DNA of 60,642 nucleotides from a virus (Duplodnaviria; Heunggongvirae; Uroviricota; Caudoviricetes): IMG/VR virus record IMGVR_UViG_2721755676_000007; one strand, 5' to 3'. Shown piece by piece: positions 59,359 to 60,642 of this stretch (position 1 is its first letter; each line of letters starts with the position of its first letter). The notes under the pieces were generated by a model. It saw only the letters and a program-made list of their open reading frames with translations, ran no database searches and was not told where the DNA came from. The position numbers and the translations under genes were made by a program.

Positions 59359-60642
59359 GTGAACACATTTTCAGTTTCCCGTCTGGCGCTGGCATTGGCT
59401 TTTGGCGTGACGCTGACCGCCTGTAGCTCAACCCCGCCCGATCAACGTCCTTCTGATCAAACCGCGCCTGGTACCTCTTCTCGCCCGATTCTGTCGGCAA
59501 AAGAAGCGCAGAATTTCGATGCTCAACACTATTTTGCATCCCTGACACCAGGTGCTGCAGCGTGGAATCCTTCCCCGATTACCCTGCCTGCGCAACCTGA
59601 CTTTGTTGTCGGCCCGGCGGGCACTCAAGGTGTAACGCATACCACGATTCAGGCGGCGGTAGATGCGGCAATTATCAAGCGTACCAACAAGCGCCAGTAT
59701 ATTGCCGTGATGCCTGGTGAGTATCAGGGAACGGTATATGTCCCTGCCGCTCCGGGTGGAATTACTCTGTACGGTACAGGTGAAAAACCGATTGATGTGA
59801 AGATTGGGCTTTCCCTTGATGGTGGCATGAGCCCTGCCGACTGGCGTCACGACGTCAACCCGCGCGGCAAATATATGCCAGGTAAACCAGCGTGGTATAT
59901 GTACGATAGCTGCCAGAGCAAACGCAGCGACAGTATCGGTGTTCTCTGCTCTGCGGTCTTCTGGTCACAAAACAATGGCCTGCAACTGCAAAATCTGACC
60001 ATCGAAAACACGCTGGGCGATAGCGTAGATGCAGGTAACCATCCGGCGGTGGCACTGCGTACTGATGGTGACCAGGTACAGATTAACAACGTTAACATTC
60101 TCGGTCGTCAGAACACCTTCTTTGTCACCAACAGCGGTGTGCAGAACCGTCTGGAAACCAACCGTCAGCCGCGTACGCTGGTGACCAACAGCTACATTGA
60201 AGGGGATGTGGATATCGTTTCTGGTCGCGGCGCAGTGGTGTTCGATAACACCGAATTCCGCGTGGTGAACTCACGTACTCAGCAAGAAGCGTATGTGTTT
60301 GCACCGGCTACGCTGTCCAACATTTACTACGGTTTCCTCGCCGTAAACAGCCGTTTCAATGCTTTCGGTGATGGTGTGGCGCAACTGGGCCGCTCGCTGG
60401 ATGTTGATGCCAATACCAACGGTCAGGTGGTGATCCGTGATAGCGCCATCAACGAAGGTTTTAACACGGCTAAACCGTGGGCCGATGCGGTGATCTCTAA
60501 TCGTCCGTTTGCGGGTAATACCGGCAGCGTAGATGATAACGACGAAATACAGCGCAATCTGAATGACACTAACTACAACCGCATGTGGGAATACAATAAC
60601 CGCGGCGTGGGTAGTAAAGTGGTTGCAGAGGCGAAGAAGTAA
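59359..60642 (+). CDS. ybhC: Host lipoprotein YbhC (pectinesterase-family, putative acyl-CoA thioesterase)
   Basis: 427-aa ORF with lipoprotein signal LTACSS; ybhC is the chromosomal gene adjacent to att-lambda. Confidence 0.85.
   Translation: MNTFSVSRLALALAFGVTLTACSSTPPDQRPSDQTAPGTSSRPILSAKEAQNFDAQHYFASLTPGAAAWNPSPITLPAQPDFVVGPAGTQGVTHTTIQAAVDAAIIKRTNKRQYIAVMPGEYQGTVYVPAAPGGITLYGTGEKPIDVKIGLSLDGGMSPADWRHDVNPRGKYMPGKPAWYMYDSCQSKRSDSIGVLCSAVFWSQNNGLQLQNLTIENTLGDSVDAGNHPAVALRTDGDQVQINNVNILGRQNTFFVTNSGVQNRLETNRQPRTLVTNSYIEGDVDIVSGRGAVVFDNTEFRVVNSRTQQEAYVFAPATLSNIYYGFLAVNSRFNAFGDGVAQLGRSLDVDANTNGQVVIRDSAINEGFNTAKPWADAVISNRPFAGNTGSVDDNDEIQRNLNDTNYNRMWEYNNRGVGSKVVAEAKK

Overview
About 59.3 kb of this 60.6 kb window is a lambda-like prophage sitting at the canonical lambda attachment site: a lambda attL (core plus P' arm) at 59225-59312 is followed by the host gene ybhC (59359-60642). 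The prophage is reverse-complemented relative to the standard lambda map and reads, left to right: tfa, stf, lom, J-I-K-L-M-H-T/G-V-U-Z-FII-FI-E-D-C/Nu3, a split portal gene B, W-A-Nu1, cos, a DLP12/phage-21-like lysis and nin block (Rz/Rz1, SAR endolysin, dual-start pinholin, nmpC porin, Q, rusA, ybcO, ninE, ybcN), an AT-rich accessory block with IS10 and IS2 (HNH-like protein, ybcK recombinase, emrE), an outer-membrane protein gene, P-O with ori iterons, a YdaT/Cro/CI immunity region, a lipoprotein at the rex position, gam-bet-exo, small ORFs, xis-int. The main finding is a 10.9 kb insertion (19681-30571) that splits portal gene B exactly, flanked by an 8-bp direct repeat ATCGCCTT. It looks like a P4/PICI-type satellite: P4-type integrase, two AlpA-like regulators, split Bro-N protein, primase/helicase with an iteron origin, SSB, its own cos site (cosN identical to the prophage cosN, flanks divergent), a Nu1-like small terminase, and paralogues of lambda capsid proteins E and D. 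It has no portal, protease or large terminase, so it would depend on the helper. The two B fragments sum to exactly the lambda B length (1602 nt) once one repeat copy is removed, so precise excision would rebuild an intact portal gene. All homology calls are from reading the translations against remembered lambda/K-12 proteins; no searches were run.
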